Below, piece by piece: positions 30,440 to 64,000 of a stretch of DNA of 64,000 bases (its first letter is position 1; each line of letters begins with the position of its first letter). The notes below the pieces were generated by a model. The model ran no database searches. It had not been told where the DNA came from and saw nothing but the letters and a program-made list of their open reading frames with translations. The stretch lies in the NCBI RefSeq assembly GCF_009914755.1, contig NC_060928.1; one strand, written 5' to 3'. Source of the DNA: the human T2T-CHM13v2.0 reference genome, Homo sapiens. The position numbers and the translations under genes are program-made.

Positions 30440-30632
30440 AAATTTGTCCTTGTCCTGCTAGTCACATATAGTCCCCACTACACCAGCCAAGACTTGTCAG
30501 ACTGGTTCTGTTGAGATCATCAGTGACTTATTTCCTCACTTCAATTCAGCCCACAAAGTCATTGATAGAGCTGGATTCACACACTTGGATGTAGACCTCG
30601 ACCTTCACAGGACTCTTCATTGCTGGTTGGCA
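30440..30632 (+). promoter_or_regulatory. TMPRSS11E: TMPRSS11E proximal promoter and 5' UTR (CpG-poor; exact TSS not determinable)
   Basis: Unique sequence immediately upstream of the start codon. Contains GRHL-like ACTGGTT (30501-30507) and adjacent AP-1-like/ETS-like TGACTTATTTCCTC (30524-30537). Called from position and motifs only. Confidence 0.55.
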
Positions 30633-62108
<31,476 letters not shown>

Positions 62109-62144
62109 GTAAACAGTTTTGCCCATTAGTAGGTTGTGTAATTT

Positions 62145-62495
62145 TTTGTTTACTTTTCTTTGAAATAATTATATATCTACAGGAAGTTGCAAAGATAGTA
62201 CAGAGGAGTCACAACATCTCACCCAGTTTTCTCCAATGATTACATCTCACATAACTATAGTTCAATATAAGATCTGGGAAACTGACAGTCGTACAAAGTA
62301 TGTGTCTAATTCTATGGCATTTTGTCACATCTGTAGATTTGTGTAACCACCACTACAGTTAAGATGAAGAACTATTCTATCACCACAAAGACCTACCTTT
62401 TTCCCTCCTCCTACTATCCCTAACATCTGGCAATCACTAATTTATTCTCCATCTCTATAATTTTTCAATTTTCAGAATGTTATATAAATAGAGTA
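62145..62495 (-). mobile_element. L1MC-like 3'-end fragment
   Basis: caggaagttgcaaagatagtacagag..gtgtaaccaccactacagttaagat..ctggcaatcactaat..tctccatctctataattt. Confidence 0.7.
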
Positions 62496-62799
62496 ACAGT
62501 AGCTTTTTAAACAGAATTTAATTTTGGATCATCTATTGGTATTTTTGGCTTTTTTTTGTAGAAAAATTTTAGTGGTTCCTTTAAGTTATATATATGTGTA
62601 TATAAATATATATTTATTTATATATACATACATAACATCACTGTCTATGTGTATTGAAATTTTACTAGTTTTGGTGGAGTATAGAATAAAAAACTTACTT
62701 CCCCTTAAATCCCTTTGCTTTTCCCTCTTTAAAATTAAACATTAACAAATATAAACATTAAATATTAATAAATATAAATATTAAATATTTGCTTTATAT

Positions 62800-63830
62800 T
62801 TTGAGAACCACAGAAGACAATGTTTTGCTTCAACTGTCAAATGTAATTTAGAAAACATAAGAGGAAAAGGAAAGACTATTTACCTATGGATTTCTTCTTT
62901 CCTCTTTCCTGATTCCTTTTTTAAAAACAGTCATTTCTGTTTTAGGAACTTCTTTTAGCCACTCTTTTAGTATAGGTAAGCTGGTGAAAAATTCTCTTAG
63001 ATTTTCTTTGTCTCTAACAGTCTTTATTTCTTCTTCATTACTGGAGCATAATTTAGCACTGACAGTTCTTTTCTTTCAGCATTTAAATCATTGCCTCTGT
63101 GATTTCTGCAAGGAATTTGCTGCTATTAGAATTATTTTTTTCCAATAGATGAGGTGTCATTTCTTGCTGTGTTCAAGAGTTTGTCTTTAGTTTTCAGAAG
63201 TTTGATTATGTATCTTGGCATGGATTTCTTTGGGCTTATCCTGTTTGAGGTTTGCTCAGCTTTTTGAATATGTAGATTTATATCCTTTGTCAAGTTTGAG
63301 AAATTTTTGGTCATTATTTCTTAAAATACTCTTTCAGTCCCACCTTCTTTCTTCTTTCCTTCTGGAACTCTAACCACAGCAATGTTTACTCTTTTATTAT
63401 AGTCCCAGAGTTTCCTAAGCTTTTGTTTATTTTTTTTGCACTCTAGTTTCTCTCTGTTTTTGAGATTGGGTAATTTCAATGTATCTTCAAGTTTACTGAT
63501 TCTTTGCTCTGTCTTCTCTATTCTTATGTTAAGCCCATCCAGTGAGTTTTGAATTTTGCTTATCATATTTTTTAGTTCCAGGGTTTTTCTTTGTTTCTTC
63601 TTTTTATATTTACTATTTCTTTGTTGACACTTCCTATTTCTTTTCCTTTGTTTTAAACATGATGGTAATTGCTCATTGAGATGTATTTATGATGGCTGCT
63701 TTAAAATCTTTGTCAAATAATTTCAACATTTGTGTTATCTCAGTGTTGGTATCTGTTGATTGCCTTTTCTCATTCAAGTAAAAACTTTTATATTTCATTG
63801 TATGATGACTGATATTCAGATATATGCTGA
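62800..63830 (-). mobile_element. Old L1M fragment containing an ORF1 remnant
   Basis: Minus-strand ORFs NSLDGLNIRIEKTEQRISKLED..LWDYNKR and NFSNLTKDINLHIQKAEQTSNRI..PRYIIKLLKTKDK are L1 ORF1p-like. Confidence 0.85.
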
Positions 63831-63914
63831 GCATCTAATTATTATTTATTCTGTTTTGTTGTTGTTGTTATATCATGCTTTTAAATTTATATTATTTTAT
63901 TTAATTAATTACTT

Positions 63915-64000
63915 TGCTTTTTCCAACTTTTATTTTAGGTTCAGAGGTTACATCTGCAGGATTGTTACATGGGTAAATTGTGTGTTGCTGGGGTTTGGTG
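63915..64000 (-). mobile_element. 3' end of an older L1PA/PB element running off the window
   Basis: ccaacttttattttaggttcagaggttacat..caggattgttacatgggtaaattgtgtgttgctggggtttgg. Confidence 0.8.

Noticed and set aside
62109-64000. No GDSGGP/catalytic Ser exon, so possibly a pseudogene
   Set aside because: Exon 9 ends at a valid phase-0 donor and the window simply ends in intron 9. Exons 1-9 have no disabling lesions.

Overview
Human (or very closely related great-ape) genomic DNA, recognisable as chr4q13.2. It holds about 30 kb of repeat-rich upstream sequence followed by exons 1-9 of TMPRSS11E (DESC1), a + strand type II transmembrane serine protease of the HAT/DESC family. All nine exons have GT-AG sites and consistent phases, and splice into 370 uninterrupted codons: cytoplasmic tail, TM helix, SEA domain, R|IVGG activation site, catalytic His and Asp, and S1 Asp. 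The last exon, with GDSGGP and the catalytic Ser, lies beyond the window. The rest is retroelement and DNA-transposon sequence: one full-length dead L1PA5/6-like element, a twin-primed 5'-inverted L1, an older truncated L1, about 19 Alus, and LTR, MER, MIR and L2 relics. I see no prokaryote-type system (CRISPR etc.) and no credible new protein-coding gene. The most unusual signals concern genome mechanics: (1) two neighbouring L1s share about 12 private variants in sharply bounded tracts in both orientations, suggesting ectopic gene conversion; (2) a probable L1 3' transduction that ends at an LTR-like polyA signal; (3) small templated-insertion scars; (4) a TSD-flanked Alu monomer with a non-Alu 3' segment; (5) a ~256-nt AG-free pyrimidine tract before exon 5. 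Repeat subfamily calls and mismatch counts were made by eye and are approximate.
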